Shown here: one piece after another, positions 53,952 through 63,032 of the stretch
Layout of the letters: every line of letters starts with the position of its first letter
How positions within the stretch are numbered: position 1 is the stretch's first letter
Origin: an uncultured delta proteobacterium
Lineage (GTDB): Bacteria; Desulfobacterota; Desulfuromonadia; Desulfuromonadales; JACZKF01
Direction: 5' to 3'
Assembly (NCBI GenBank): GCA_963816395.1
Contig: CAWFKQ010000016.1
Location: 320,001 to 384,000 of the forward strand
Length of the DNA: 64,000 nucleotides
The notes under the pieces: generated by a model
The model's database searches: none
What the model was told of the DNA's origin: nothing
What the model saw: the letters and a program-made list of their open reading frames with translations, nothing else
Made by a program: the position numbers and the translations under genes

Positions 53952-54113
53952 AGATAACCCTCGCATGTCGTTCAATGGCGATGGGTAGCGGAGATAGCTG
54001 GAGTGGTAATTGCCGGTGATTTCCTCCCGTTGAGGAATTTTTTTCCATTCAGCGGGGAGAGCGGTTCAGCTCCCCACAATCGCGGTTTAATCCCAATCAA
54101 AAGGAGAAAATGC

Positions 54114-55085
54114 ATGAGAAGACTCACTGGCTATGGCACCCTGGTCGCATTCGTCCTGGCCTTCGCCGGCTGGTTCGCGGCTCCGGCATCCGCGGCGAAG
54201 TACCCCGACCAACCTCTGACCTACATCATCTGCTTCAATCCCGGCGGCGAGTCCGACATAACCGCCCGCATCCAGGAAGCGCCGCTGAAAAAGTATTTCG
54301 GCCAGGACGTCGTCGTCACCTACAAGATCGGCGGCGGCGGCTCCGTTGGCTGGTCGGAACTCGTGCAGAGCAAGCCGGACGGCTACACCATCGCCGGCGA
54401 CAACCTGCCCCATATCGTTCTCCAGCCGCTGACCCGCGGCAATGCCGGCTACGATACCCTGCAGCTCAAGCAGGTCTACATGTTCGAGAGCACCCCGAAC
54501 ATCCTGCTGGTGCGCCAGGACAGCGAATTCAAGACCCTCAAGGACCTGATCGACTACGCCAAGGCGCATCCGGGCGTGGTGACGGCCGGCGGCAGCGGCA
54601 GCAGCTCGGCCAATGAGCTGGGCACCATGATGCTGAACAAGGCCGCCGGCATCAAGATCACCTATATCCCCTTCTCCGGCTCCGGGGCCGCCACCCCCGC
54701 CCTGCTCGGCGGCCACGTCGGGGCGCTCATGAGCTATTCGACCATGGCCGTACAGTACAAGGATAAGTTCCGTCCCCTGGCCATCATGTCCGAGGAGCGG
54801 ATGTCGGTGCTGCCCGACGTTCCCACCTTCAAGGAGCTGGGCTACGACATCGTGGAAGGGGCCTACCGCGGCGTCGCCGCCCCTCCCGGCACCCCGGACG
54901 ATCGCGTCCAGTATCTGGCCGATACCTTCGCCAAGGTCATGAAGGATCCGGAAGTGGTCAAGAAGATGGATGAAAACGGCTTCAAGATCGAACATATGGG
55001 TCCCTCTGAGGCCACCGAGTTCGTCAAGAAGAAGATAGTCGAATACAAAGAGCTGCTCGGCGAAATGGGATTGCTCAAGAAGTAA
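54114..55085 (+). CDS. tctC: tripartite tricarboxylate transporter substrate-binding protein
   Basis: signal peptide, YP..P, PGGESDITAR, KPDGYTI, LLGGHV, PDVPTFKELG. Confidence 0.92.
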   Translation: MRRLTGYGTLVAFVLAFAGWFAAPASAAKYPDQPLTYIICFNPGGESDITARIQEAPLKKYFGQDVVVTYKIGGGGSVGWSELVQSKPDGYTIAGDNLPHIVLQPLTRGNAGYDTLQLKQVYMFESTPNILLVRQDSEFKTLKDLIDYAKAHPGVVTAGGSGSSSANELGTMMLNKAAGIKITYIPFSGSGAATPALLGGHVGALMSYSTMAVQYKDKFRPLAIMSEERMSVLPDVPTFKELGYDIVEGAYRGVAAPPGTPDDRVQYLADTFAKVMKDPEVVKKMDENGFKIEHMGPSEATEFVKKKIVEYKELLGEMGLLKK

Positions 55086-55117
55086 GTAAGCCTACTTTCA
55101 GAGAAAAATGCCTTTCC

Positions 55118-55152
55118 CCGGGCGGCCCGCCCCAGCGCCGCCCGGTTTTTTT
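55118..55152 (+). terminator. intra-operon hairpin/terminator after tctC
   Basis: CCGGGCGGC...GCCGCCCGG followed by T7. Confidence 0.7.
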
Positions 55153-55175
55153 ACCCTCTGCCAGGAGTTCCAGCC

Positions 55176-56721
55176 TTGCTCGAGCACATTCTGATGGGTT
55201 TTGACCACTTAATTTCTCCACTCAACCTGTTACTGGTACTGGCCGGGACAGTGGCCGGGATGGTCGTCGGCTCGCTACCCGGACTGACCGCCACCATGGC
55301 GGTCGCCCTGCTGGTCCCCTTCACCTACACCATGAGTCCGGTGGCCGGCCTGGTCACCCTGGGCGCCATCTACATGGGGTGCATCTACGGTGGGTGCTTC
55401 AGCGCCATCCTGATCAATACGCCGGGGACCCCCAGCTCCATCGGCACCACCTTCGACGGCTACCCGATGGCCCAGCAGGGACGCGGTGAGGAAGCGATCA
55501 TCGCGGCTACCGTCGGCTCGGCTTTCGGCGGCCTGGTGGGGGTGGTCGCCCTGATCTTCCTCAGCCCGCCCCTGGCCGGGATCGCCCTGCGCTTCGGTCC
55601 GGCCGAATACTTCTGGGTCGGGGTCTTCGGCCTGACCATCATCTCCAGCCTGGCGGCCGGCTCCTTCCTCAAGGGGATCACCGGGGCCATCTTCGGCGTC
55701 CTGATCTCCACCATCGGCATCGCACCGATCGGCGGCGACGTGCGCTTTACCTTCGGTGTGCCGAGTCTGCAGGGCGGCCTCGACCTGATCGTCATGCTCA
55801 TCGGCCTGTTCTGCATCCCTGAACTGCTGAATCTGGTCCTGCGCGGGGTCGAGAATCACCAGGCGGTGGAGTACCGGCGGGGCAAGGGCGTACTCTGGGC
55901 GACCGGTGCGCCAGGTCTTCTCCAAGCCCGGCAACCTGATCCGCTCCTCGATCATCGGCACGGTGGTCGGCATCCTGCCCGGCGCCGGCGGCAACATCGC
56001 CAACCTGGTCTCCTACAACGAGGCCCGCCGTGCCTCGAAGGAGCCGGAGAAGTTCGGCACCGGCATCGTCGACGGAGTGGTCGCCACCGAGACCGCCAAC
56101 AACGCGGTCGTCGGGGGCGGGATGATCCCCCTGATTACCCTCGGCATCCCCGGCGCCCCCCCAGATGCCATCATCTACGGAGTGCTCATGCTGCAGGGGC
56201 TGCGCCCCGGGCCGGAACTGTTCGCCGCCCGGGCCGACATCACCTACACTTTCATGCTGGCCGTGGGCTTGTCCGCCATCGTCATGGTGCCGGTGGGGAT
56301 CTACGGCGGCCGCCTGCTCACCCGCCTGGTCGCCACCCTGCACCCGAAATACCTGGTGCCCGGCATCGGCATCCTGACCATCGTCGGCTCCTACGCCATC
56401 CGCAACAATTACACCGATGTCTGGCTCATGCTGGTCTTCGGCCTCATCGGCTTCGGTCTGCGTTATCTCGGCTTCCATGGGGCGCCGATCGTCCTCGGCC
56501 TCATCCTGGGGCCGATCATGGAGCAGGGACTGGTGCAGTCGTACCTGATGGGGCAGGGCACCGCCTGGCCGTATCACACCCTGTTCGTCAACCCCCTCTC
56601 CTGGGTGCTGATCGCCCTGTGTCTCTTCTCCTTCCTCTGGCCCTATTTCGGCCATCTGAAGAAGCTGATGAAAAAGCCTGCCGGGCAAACGGACGGCATT
56701 GACGAAAGGACGGAACAATGA
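55176..56721 (+). CDS. tctA: TTT permease large subunit (frameshift ~55900)
   Basis: GSLPGLT, AILINTPGTPSS, DGYPMA, ETANNA, TLGIPG, PIVLGLILGP. Confidence 0.9.
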
Positions 56722-57188
56722 ACGCCAGAGCCCGCGACCTTCTCGGCTCCATCCTGATGCTGGTTTTCGTCGCCGTACTCTGGATGCAGCGCAACTACAT
56801 CACCCCCTTCGGCGGCATCTTCCCCGATATCGTGATGATCTGTCTGGCGGCGGTGGCGGTATTGACCCTGATCATGGCATTCACCCCCTGGGCCGCCATC
56901 AAGGAAGCGGCAGTCAAAAAACAGGATGCCCTGCGGAAGAACTGGTTCGAAATGGCCGTGGTGGGCATCATCATGCTCGTCTGGACCGTCCTGCTGCGCT
57001 ATGCGGGCTTCGCCCTGTCGGGGGTCCTCGGTTTCGGCGGCATCGCCTGGTTTCTCAGCAGTCGGCGCGGATCCCTGCGGACCATCCTCACCACCTTCAT
57101 TGCTGGCGCGGTCCTGACCTACCTGCTCATCTTCATCTTCGAGCATCTGCTGCAGGTGCCGCTGCCGAAGGGAACGATCTTCGGCTGA
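56718..57188 (+). CDS. tctB: TTT small membrane subunit
   Basis: multiple TMs, IFEHLLQVPLPKG C-terminus. Confidence 0.85.
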   Translation: MNARARDLLGSILMLVFVAVLWMQRNYITPFGGIFPDIVMICLAAVAVLTLIMAFTPWAAIKEAAVKKQDALRKNWFEMAVVGIIMLVWTVLLRYAGFALSGVLGFGGIAWFLSSRRGSLRTILTTFIAGAVLTYLLIFIFEHLLQVPLPKGTIFG

Positions 57189-57196
57189 CAATGAAA

Positions 57197-57332
57197 AAGC
57201 ATCTAAACGCCCGCTCCTTTCAGTCGCTAGAGACGCAGAGGCGCAGAGAGTAAGCGAAGCGAACGGGTGGTGAAAGATTTTTTGAATTTTTTTAAAAAGG
57301 TAGTTCTCAGCGTCTCGGCGTCTCTGCGTTAA
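57197..57332. repeat. intergenic repeat element with CGCAGAG nonamers (related copy 58484-58601)
   Basis: AACGCCCGCTCCTTTCAGTCGCT.GAGACGC shared with 58492; GCGAACGGG motif shared. Confidence 0.8.
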
Positions 57333-57381
57333 ATTGATTTTTTTGCGCCTTTTTCCTGTACTTCACTAAGAAGGAAAGAAT

Positions 57382-58461
57382 ATGAAGACACTGCAGATCG
57401 CCGCCATCCCCGGGGATGGCATCGGCAAGGAGACGGTGGCCGCCGGGCGGCGGGTGCTGGATACGGCGGCCGAGGTGCACGGCGGCTTCCGCTTCGACTA
57501 TCGGGATCTGGACTGGAGCTGCGAATATTATCTGCGGCACGGCCGGATGATGCCGGAAGACGGTCTCGACATCCTGCGCCCCTGCGACGCCATTTTCCTT
57601 GGCGCGGTCGGCTTTCCCGGGGTTCCCGACCATGTCTCCCTGTGGGGACTGCTGCTGCCGATCCGCCGCAGCTTCCGCCAGTACGTCAACCTGCGCCCGG
57701 TCAAGCTGATGCCCGGCGTGCGCACCCCCCTGGCCGACCGCCGGCCGGAGGACATCGATTTCCTGGTGGTGCGGGAGAACAACGAGGGGGAATACTCCAA
57801 CATGGGCGGGCGCCTCTACCCGGGCACGCCCCAGGAGGTGGTGGTCCAGAATACGGTGTTCACCCGCTACGGCGTGGAAAAGGTGATCCGCTACGCCTTC
57901 GAGCTGGCCCGCCGCACCGGGCGCCAGCGGGTGTCCTCGGCCACCAAGTCGAACGGCATCAATTTCACCATGCCGTTCTGGGACGAGGTGTTCGCGGAGA
58001 TCGGCCGGGAATATCCGGAGATCGCCACCGACCAGTTCCACATCGACGCCTTGTGCGCCCGCTTTGTCACCCATCCGCAGCATTTCGACGTGGTCGTCGG
58101 CAGCAACCTGTTCGGCGACATCCTGACCGACCTCGGCCCGGCCATCGCCGGCAGCATCGGCATCGCCCCCTCGGCCAACCTGAACCCGGAGAAGGAGTTC
58201 CCGTCGATGTTCGAGCCGGTGCACGGCTCCGCCCCGGACATCGCCGGCAAGGGGATCGCCAATCCCATGGGGCAGGTCTGGTGCGGGGCGATGATGCTCG
58301 AGCACCTGGGCTTCCCCGAGGCGGGAGAGCTGGTCATGCGAGCGCTGACCGCCACCCTGGAGGCCGGCACCGCCACCGCCGACATTGGCGGCCGGGCCGA
58401 CACCCGGCAAGTCACCGATGCCATCTGCGGCAAGATCCGCGAGCTGGCCGGGAAAGGATGA
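57382..58461 (+). CDS. tartrate / D-malate dehydrogenase (decarboxylating), copy 1
   Basis: IPGDGIGKE, VPDHVSLWGLL, VRENNEGEYS, TKSNG, SNLFGDIL, FEPVHGSAPDIAG. Confidence 0.9.
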   Translation: MKTLQIAAIPGDGIGKETVAAGRRVLDTAAEVHGGFRFDYRDLDWSCEYYLRHGRMMPEDGLDILRPCDAIFLGAVGFPGVPDHVSLWGLLLPIRRSFRQYVNLRPVKLMPGVRTPLADRRPEDIDFLVVRENNEGEYSNMGGRLYPGTPQEVVVQNTVFTRYGVEKVIRYAFELARRTGRQRVSSATKSNGINFTMPFWDEVFAEIGREYPEIATDQFHIDALCARFVTHPQHFDVVVGSNLFGDILTDLGPAIAGSIGIAPSANLNPEKEFPSMFEPVHGSAPDIAGKGIANPMGQVWCGAMMLEHLGFPEAGELVMRALTATLEAGTATADIGGRADTRQVTDAICGKIRELAGKG

Positions 58462-58483
58462 ACTCACACCCGAAAGAAAGAAC

Positions 58484-58601
58484 AAGCATTTAACGCCCGC
58501 TCCTTTCAGTCGCTGGAGACGCGGAGAACGCAGAGAAAAAAGGTTCTTGGCTTCCTTTGCGAGCTCTGCGCACTTGAGTGAGCGGAGCGAACGGGCGTTA
58601 A
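58484..58601. repeat. intergenic element with terminal inverted repeats TTAACGCCCG...CGGGCGTTAA
   Basis: 10-bp TIR, internal CGCAGAG/CTCTGCG repeats; homologous to 57197-57271. Confidence 0.8.
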
Positions 58602-58680
58602 AAAAGGTTTTTTCTTCGATTAATCTTTTCGAAAAATCGTGAGGGCTGCCTCTTGCCGCTCCCATAACAGGAGGAAAAAC

Positions 58681-59773
58681 ATGCGCGAATACAAGATTGC
58701 CGCCATCCCGGCCGACGGCATCGGCAAGGAAGTGATCCCCGCCGGGATCCGGGTACTGCAGACCCTCGCCGAGGTGCAGGGGGATTTCCGCCTCTCCTTC
58801 CAGGACTTCCCCTGGGGGTGCGACTACTACCACCAGCACGGCCGGATGATGGCCGAGGAGGGTCTGGAGACGTTAAAGGGCTTCGACGCCATCTTCTTCG
58901 GCGCCGTCGGCCATCCGACGGTTCCCGACCATATCACCCTCTGGGGGCTGCGCCTGGCTATCTGCCAGGGGTTCGACCAGTATGCCAACGTCCGCCCGGC
59001 CCGCATCCTTCCCGGCATCAGCAGCCCCCTGCGGGGGCGGGGGGAGAAGGACCTCGACTGGATCATCGTCCGCGAGAACAGCGAGGGGGAATATTCGGGG
59101 GTCGGCGGCCGGGCGCACCGCGGCCTGCCCGAGGAGGTCGGCATGGAGGTCTCCGTCTTCACCCGCACCGGGGTGCGGCGCATCATGCGCTTCGCCTTCG
59201 ACCTGGCCCGCAAGCGCCCGCGCAAGCTGTTGACCCTGGTGACCAAGTCCAACGCCCAGCGGCATGGGATGGTGATGTGGGACGAGATCTTCGCCGAGAC
59301 GGCGAAGGAGTATCCGGACGTGACCACCGACAAGATGCTGGTCGACGCGGTCACCACCCGCATGGTGCTCAAGCCGGAGAGCCTGGACGTGATGGTCGCC
59401 ACCAACCTGCACGCCGACATCATCTCCGACCTGGCGGCGGCCCTTTCGGGGAGCCTGGGGATCGGCCCGACGGCCAATCTCAATCCGGAGAAGTCCTTTC
59501 CCTCCATGTTCGAGCCGATCCACGGCTCGGCCTTCGACATCATGGGGCAGGGGATCGCCAACCCCATCGGCACCTTCTGGACGGCGGTGCTGATGCTGCA
59601 GCACCTCGGCGAAGAGCAAGGCCGCCGCCCGGCTGATGCAGGCCATCGAGACGGTGACGCGGGAGGGCCGGACGCTCCCCCGCGACCTCGGCGGCACGGC
59701 CGGCACTGAGGAGGTGACCGACGCCGTCTGCCAGGCCCTGCGCCGGCCGGAGGCGGCGCGGGTCGGCGCCTGA
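58681..59773 (+). CDS. ttuC: tartrate dehydrogenase, copy 2 (frameshift ~59618)
   Basis: IPADGIG, LWGLRLAICQGFDQYANVRP, TKSNAQRHGM, NLHADI, FEPIHGSAFDI. Confidence 0.88.
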
Positions 59774-59786
59774 GAGGCGGACGGTC

Positions 59787-59852
59787 ATGCACGCGCTGGA
59801 AAAGATCCTGGCCCGGGCGGCGGACCGACGTCGCCACGGACGAATCCAATAA
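59787..59852 (+). pseudogene. possible 5' remnant of a LeuC/aconitase-family dehydratase large subunit
   Basis: GAGAGG upstream of MHALEKILARAA, then stop after 21 codons. Confidence 0.5.
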
Positions 59853-59869
59853 ACCTGGAAAAAGCAGTC

Positions 59870-59998
59870 TCACGCGACGAACGCAACGAACGCGACGTAA
59901 AATCAGAAGGTTATCAGAAATAGACCTTTCACCTGCCCGGTAAGAGGCTCTAGGATGTAAGACTTTGATTTCGTTGCGTTCGTTGCGGCGTTGCGTGA
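59870..59998. repeat. CGCAACGAA nonamer inverted-repeat element
   Basis: tcacgcgacgaacgcaacgaacgcgacg / cgttgcgttcgttgcggcgttgcgtga. Confidence 0.8.
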
Positions 59999-60081
59999 TC
60001 AACTGCCGTGTTTAGGATAAATCTGTGAAAATCCGTTTACATCAGATTTGATTCCGTGTTCAAAGGTTTTTCTCGGGACTA

Positions 60082-60687
60082 TCAGTGCCCTTCCGCCCCC
60101 CCGTGGGCCGGTCCATGGTGCACCGCGTCCGCCAGTCCTTCCACATAGTGGATGTAGGCCACGTAGGCCTCGACGTACTCCCGCCCGGCGGCCACGCTTT
60201 TATCCGCCTGCTTTCTTGCCGCCGCCGCGCGGGCGAAGCGCTCCCGGATTCCCTCCTCGGTATGGCGGGCGATGTCCTTCGCCAACTCGTCCACCGTTCC
60301 CGTCGCCAGGGCCTGGTCGGCTCTGGCGATCGCCGGCTCGACCCGGCCGGCCGGCTTGAGGCCGGTATAGGGCGCTCCCTCCCCGGCGCGGTGGATGCGC
60401 ACCAGGGTCTCGAAGAAATACCGGTCCGCCATTGCCTTCGCCGCCGGTCCCAGCCGGCGCACCGCCACCGCCTCGGCGAAGGCCTCGCCGATCGCCTGTT
60501 CATCTTCGGGGCGCACCCACCTGAGCACCGGGGTGACCTCTCCTTTCGCCAATGCCGTCCGGGCATCCTGCACCACCGGGCCATCCAGAGTGTCGCAGTG
60601 GGCGCGGGCCGATATCGGAAGGAGGAGCGCCAGCCCCAGGAGGATGGACAGGGTTGCTGTTGCCGGTTTCCAGCTTCGTGTTTTCAT
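60082..60687 (-). CDS. exported DUF6448-like protein (mature N-terminus HCDTLDGPVV)
   Basis: signal peptide ending ARA-HCD; YFFETLVRIHRAGEGAPYTGLKP; AAGGAGG RBS. Confidence 0.8.
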   Translation of the reverse strand: MKTRSWKPATATLSILLGLALLLPISARAHCDTLDGPVVQDARTALAKGEVTPVLRWVRPEDEQAIGEAFAEAVAVRRLGPAAKAMADRYFFETLVRIHRAGEGAPYTGLKPAGRVEPAIARADQALATGTVDELAKDIARHTEEGIRERFARAAAARKQADKSVAAGREYVEAYVAYIHYVEGLADAVHHGPAHGGAEGH

Positions 60688-60820
60688 AGTTGCCTCCTTA
60701 AATGCCGTGACGCGGGACGCGGTTTGCGGTTCGCGAAAAGCTTTTGATTTTCTCGTACCGCGTACCTGGGCCTTTCTCATTCCTCGCTACCCATTATTAG
60801 CTGGACTTATATTTCCCTCC

Positions 60821-60834
60821 TTGATGCAGATCAA
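60821..60834. promoter_or_regulatory. FNR/DNR-type box
   Basis: perfect TTGAT-GCAG-ATCAA. Confidence 0.75.
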
Positions 60835-60854
60835 GATTTTCGCTTTTTGCCTCC

Positions 60855-60883
60855 TTGACTTACGCCAAACTTACGCCTATGCT
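60855..60883 (+). promoter_or_regulatory. sigma-70 promoter of lexA with direct repeat in the spacer
   Basis: TTGACT-N17-TATGCT; ACTTACGCC twice at 11-bp period. Confidence 0.65.
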
Positions 60884-60910
60884 TTGCAACACCACTTCCA
60901 GGAGGCCGCT

Positions 60911-61510
60911 ATGAGTCCCCTCACCCCCAAACAGAAGAAGATCGTCGAATTCATCGCCGGCTTTACCGAGCGGGAGGGCTATTCCCCTTCACAGCAGGAG
61001 ATTGCCCGCGCCTTCGGCTTTCGCTCCCTGGGGACGGTGCAGAATTACCTGACGCGCCTGGAGCGCGAAGGACTGCTGGCGCGGCAGTGGAACGCCCGGC
61101 GCGGCATGCGCCTGGTGCGCCCGCAGCTTGCCGCCGCCGAGCTGCCTCTGGCCGGCATCGTCGCCGCCGGTCGGCCGATCGAGGCGGTGGAGACGACCGA
61201 CAGTATCGAGGTGCCGCCGTCGATGGTCGGGCCGGGGGAGAATTTCGTCCTGCGGGTGCAGGGGGATTCGATGGTTGGCGACGGCATCCTCGACGGCGAC
61301 TACGTCGTGGTGCGCAAGCAGGCGGCTGCCGAGAACGGGCAGACGGTGGTGGCGCTGATCGGCAACGAGGCGACGGTGAAGCGCTTCCACCGCCGCGGAC
61401 GGCGCATCGAGCTGCAGCCGGCCAACCCGGCCATGATGCCGATCCTCCTCGAGGACGAGGAGAGCTTTCGTATCGAGGGTGTGGTGGTCGGCGTCATAAG
61501 GCATCTGTAA
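60911..61510 (+). CDS. lexA: SOS repressor LexA
   Basis: LTPKQ, PSQQEIA, VAAGRP (Ala-Gly site), VQGDSM, ATVKR; GGAGG RBS. Confidence 0.93.
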   Translation: MSPLTPKQKKIVEFIAGFTEREGYSPSQQEIARAFGFRSLGTVQNYLTRLEREGLLARQWNARRGMRLVRPQLAAAELPLAGIVAAGRPIEAVETTDSIEVPPSMVGPGENFVLRVQGDSMVGDGILDGDYVVVRKQAAAENGQTVVALIGNEATVKRFHRRGRRIELQPANPAMMPILLEDEESFRIEGVVVGVIRHL

Positions 61511-61658
61511 ACGGTTCTTTTCCGCCGTGGCGGCGTCAATCTGCGGGTCTGCTTGTGCGGCGTACTGACGTACGCCTCCGCGCAGGCCCTTTGATTTCCT
61601 GGTCACGACGAAAAATTCCTCGTTTACAGAAACCTTATTCTACCTTTTCGATTGCGCC

Positions 61659-62876
61659 ATGGAACGCGACATCCTGCATCTGGCCATCCCCGCCTTCCCC
61701 ATCGCCCTGGCCCGCGTCGCCGACCCGGGGCTCGGGGGGCGGCCGGTGGCGGTGGCGCCCGCCCATTCGGAACGGGCGCTGCTGCAGTGCGTCTCCGCCG
61801 AGGCGCGGGCGGAAGGGGTGCGCGAGGGGCAGTCGGTCTACCAGGCCCGGCGCTTCTGCCCGGCGCTGACCCTGCTGCCTCCCGACCCGCAGCTGGTCGG
61901 TCGCGGACTGCGCGAGCTGACCTCGCTTTCGGCGCAGTTTTCGCCGGTGTGGGAGCCGGATTATCCGGGACGACTTTATCTCGATCTCACCGGCAGCCGC
62001 CGCCTGCTAGGGCCCGGCCGCGATGCCGCGGCCCGCCTGGAGCGGGAGATCGGCTGCCGCCTGCGCCTGCCGGGCAGCGTCGGCGTGGCCGGCAACAAGC
62101 TCATCTCCCGCATCGCCGCCGGCTACCTGAAGAAGCCCGGGATCTGCGACGTCCTGCGCGGCAGCGAGCGCAGCTTCATCGCGCCGCTGCCGGCGACGGT
62201 CCTGCCGGGGGTCGGCCGGGCCCGGGAGGAAACGCTGCAGGAGCTCAACCTGCGGCGGGTGGAAGAGGTCGCCGCCCTTTCCGTGGGCCAGCTGCGGCTG
62301 GCCTTCGGCCCCTTCGCGCCGCTGCTGCACCAGCGGGCACAGGGGATCGACCCCTCGCCGGTGCAACTGCCGAAGCGCGCCCCGGAGGTGGTCGAGGAGG
62401 CTTTCCTCGACCGCGAGGAAAACGACGATGGGCAGCTCGCGGCCGAGCTGTGCCGGTTGGTCGAAAGGTGTGGGGTGCGCCTGCGCCGGCTCGGCAAGGG
62501 AGCGCTGCGGCTGACTCTGGGGATTACCTACGCCGATGGCCTGGCGGAGCAGCGCACGACACTCCTGCCGGCGCCGCTCAACCACGACCTGCTCCTTTTT
62601 GCCGCCGCCGAGGAACTCTTCCGCAACGCCTGCCGCCGCCGGGTGCGGGTGCGGGCGCTGCGCCTGGCCTGCGGCCGGCTCGGCGCCGAAGACCGGCAGC
62701 TCGCGCTCTTCGCCCCGCCACCGGCCCTGGCGCCCTCCCAGGAGGCGCTGCAGGAAGCCCTCGACCGGCTGCGGGACAAGTACGGCATGGCCGCCGTGCG
62801 CTGGGGACGCGGCTATCGGGCCATGAAGTACCTCACGCAACGGCGCCACGATCGCAACGAAATTCAAATCCTTTAG
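61659..62876 (+). CDS. imuB: Y-family DNA polymerase-like protein (ImuB/DinB-like, catalytic acids apparently absent)
   Basis: ILHLAIPAF instead of HxDxDxF, EARAEGV, CP.L, YLDLTG, SVGVAGNKL, LPGVG, LDRLRDKYG. Confidence 0.8.
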   Translation: MERDILHLAIPAFPIALARVADPGLGGRPVAVAPAHSERALLQCVSAEARAEGVREGQSVYQARRFCPALTLLPPDPQLVGRGLRELTSLSAQFSPVWEPDYPGRLYLDLTGSRRLLGPGRDAAARLEREIGCRLRLPGSVGVAGNKLISRIAAGYLKKPGICDVLRGSERSFIAPLPATVLPGVGRAREETLQELNLRRVEEVAALSVGQLRLAFGPFAPLLHQRAQGIDPSPVQLPKRAPEVVEEAFLDREENDDGQLAAELCRLVERCGVRLRRLGKGALRLTLGITYADGLAEQRTTLLPAPLNHDLLLFAAAEELFRNACRRRVRVRALRLACGRLGAEDRQLALFAPPPALAPSQEALQEALDRLRDKYGMAAVRWGRGYRAMKYLTQRRHDRNEIQIL

Positions 62877-63025
62877 CTCACGCGACGACGCGGCGACGCA
62901 ACGGATTCACAACCTGGAAGAAAATCGTCCGTAAATGAACGCGCGCGAAGCTGTGTAATCTGCGGAAAGAGGATTTTTTTGGCACGCCCGATTATCCCGT
63001 CGCGTTCGTCGCGTCGTCGCGTGAG
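62832..63025. repeat. CGCGACGAA nonamer inverted-repeat element (same family as 59870-59998)
   Basis: ctcacgcaacgg..., ctcacgcgacgacgcggcgacgcaacg / cgtcgcgttcgtcgcgtcgtcgcgtgag. Confidence 0.75.
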
Positions 63026-63032
63026 GCCGGTT

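Noticed and set aside
51747..53975. 742-aa extended PrpR-like ORF
   Set aside because: The C-terminal extension results from a frameshift in the HTH; the N-terminal extension overlaps the promoter region.
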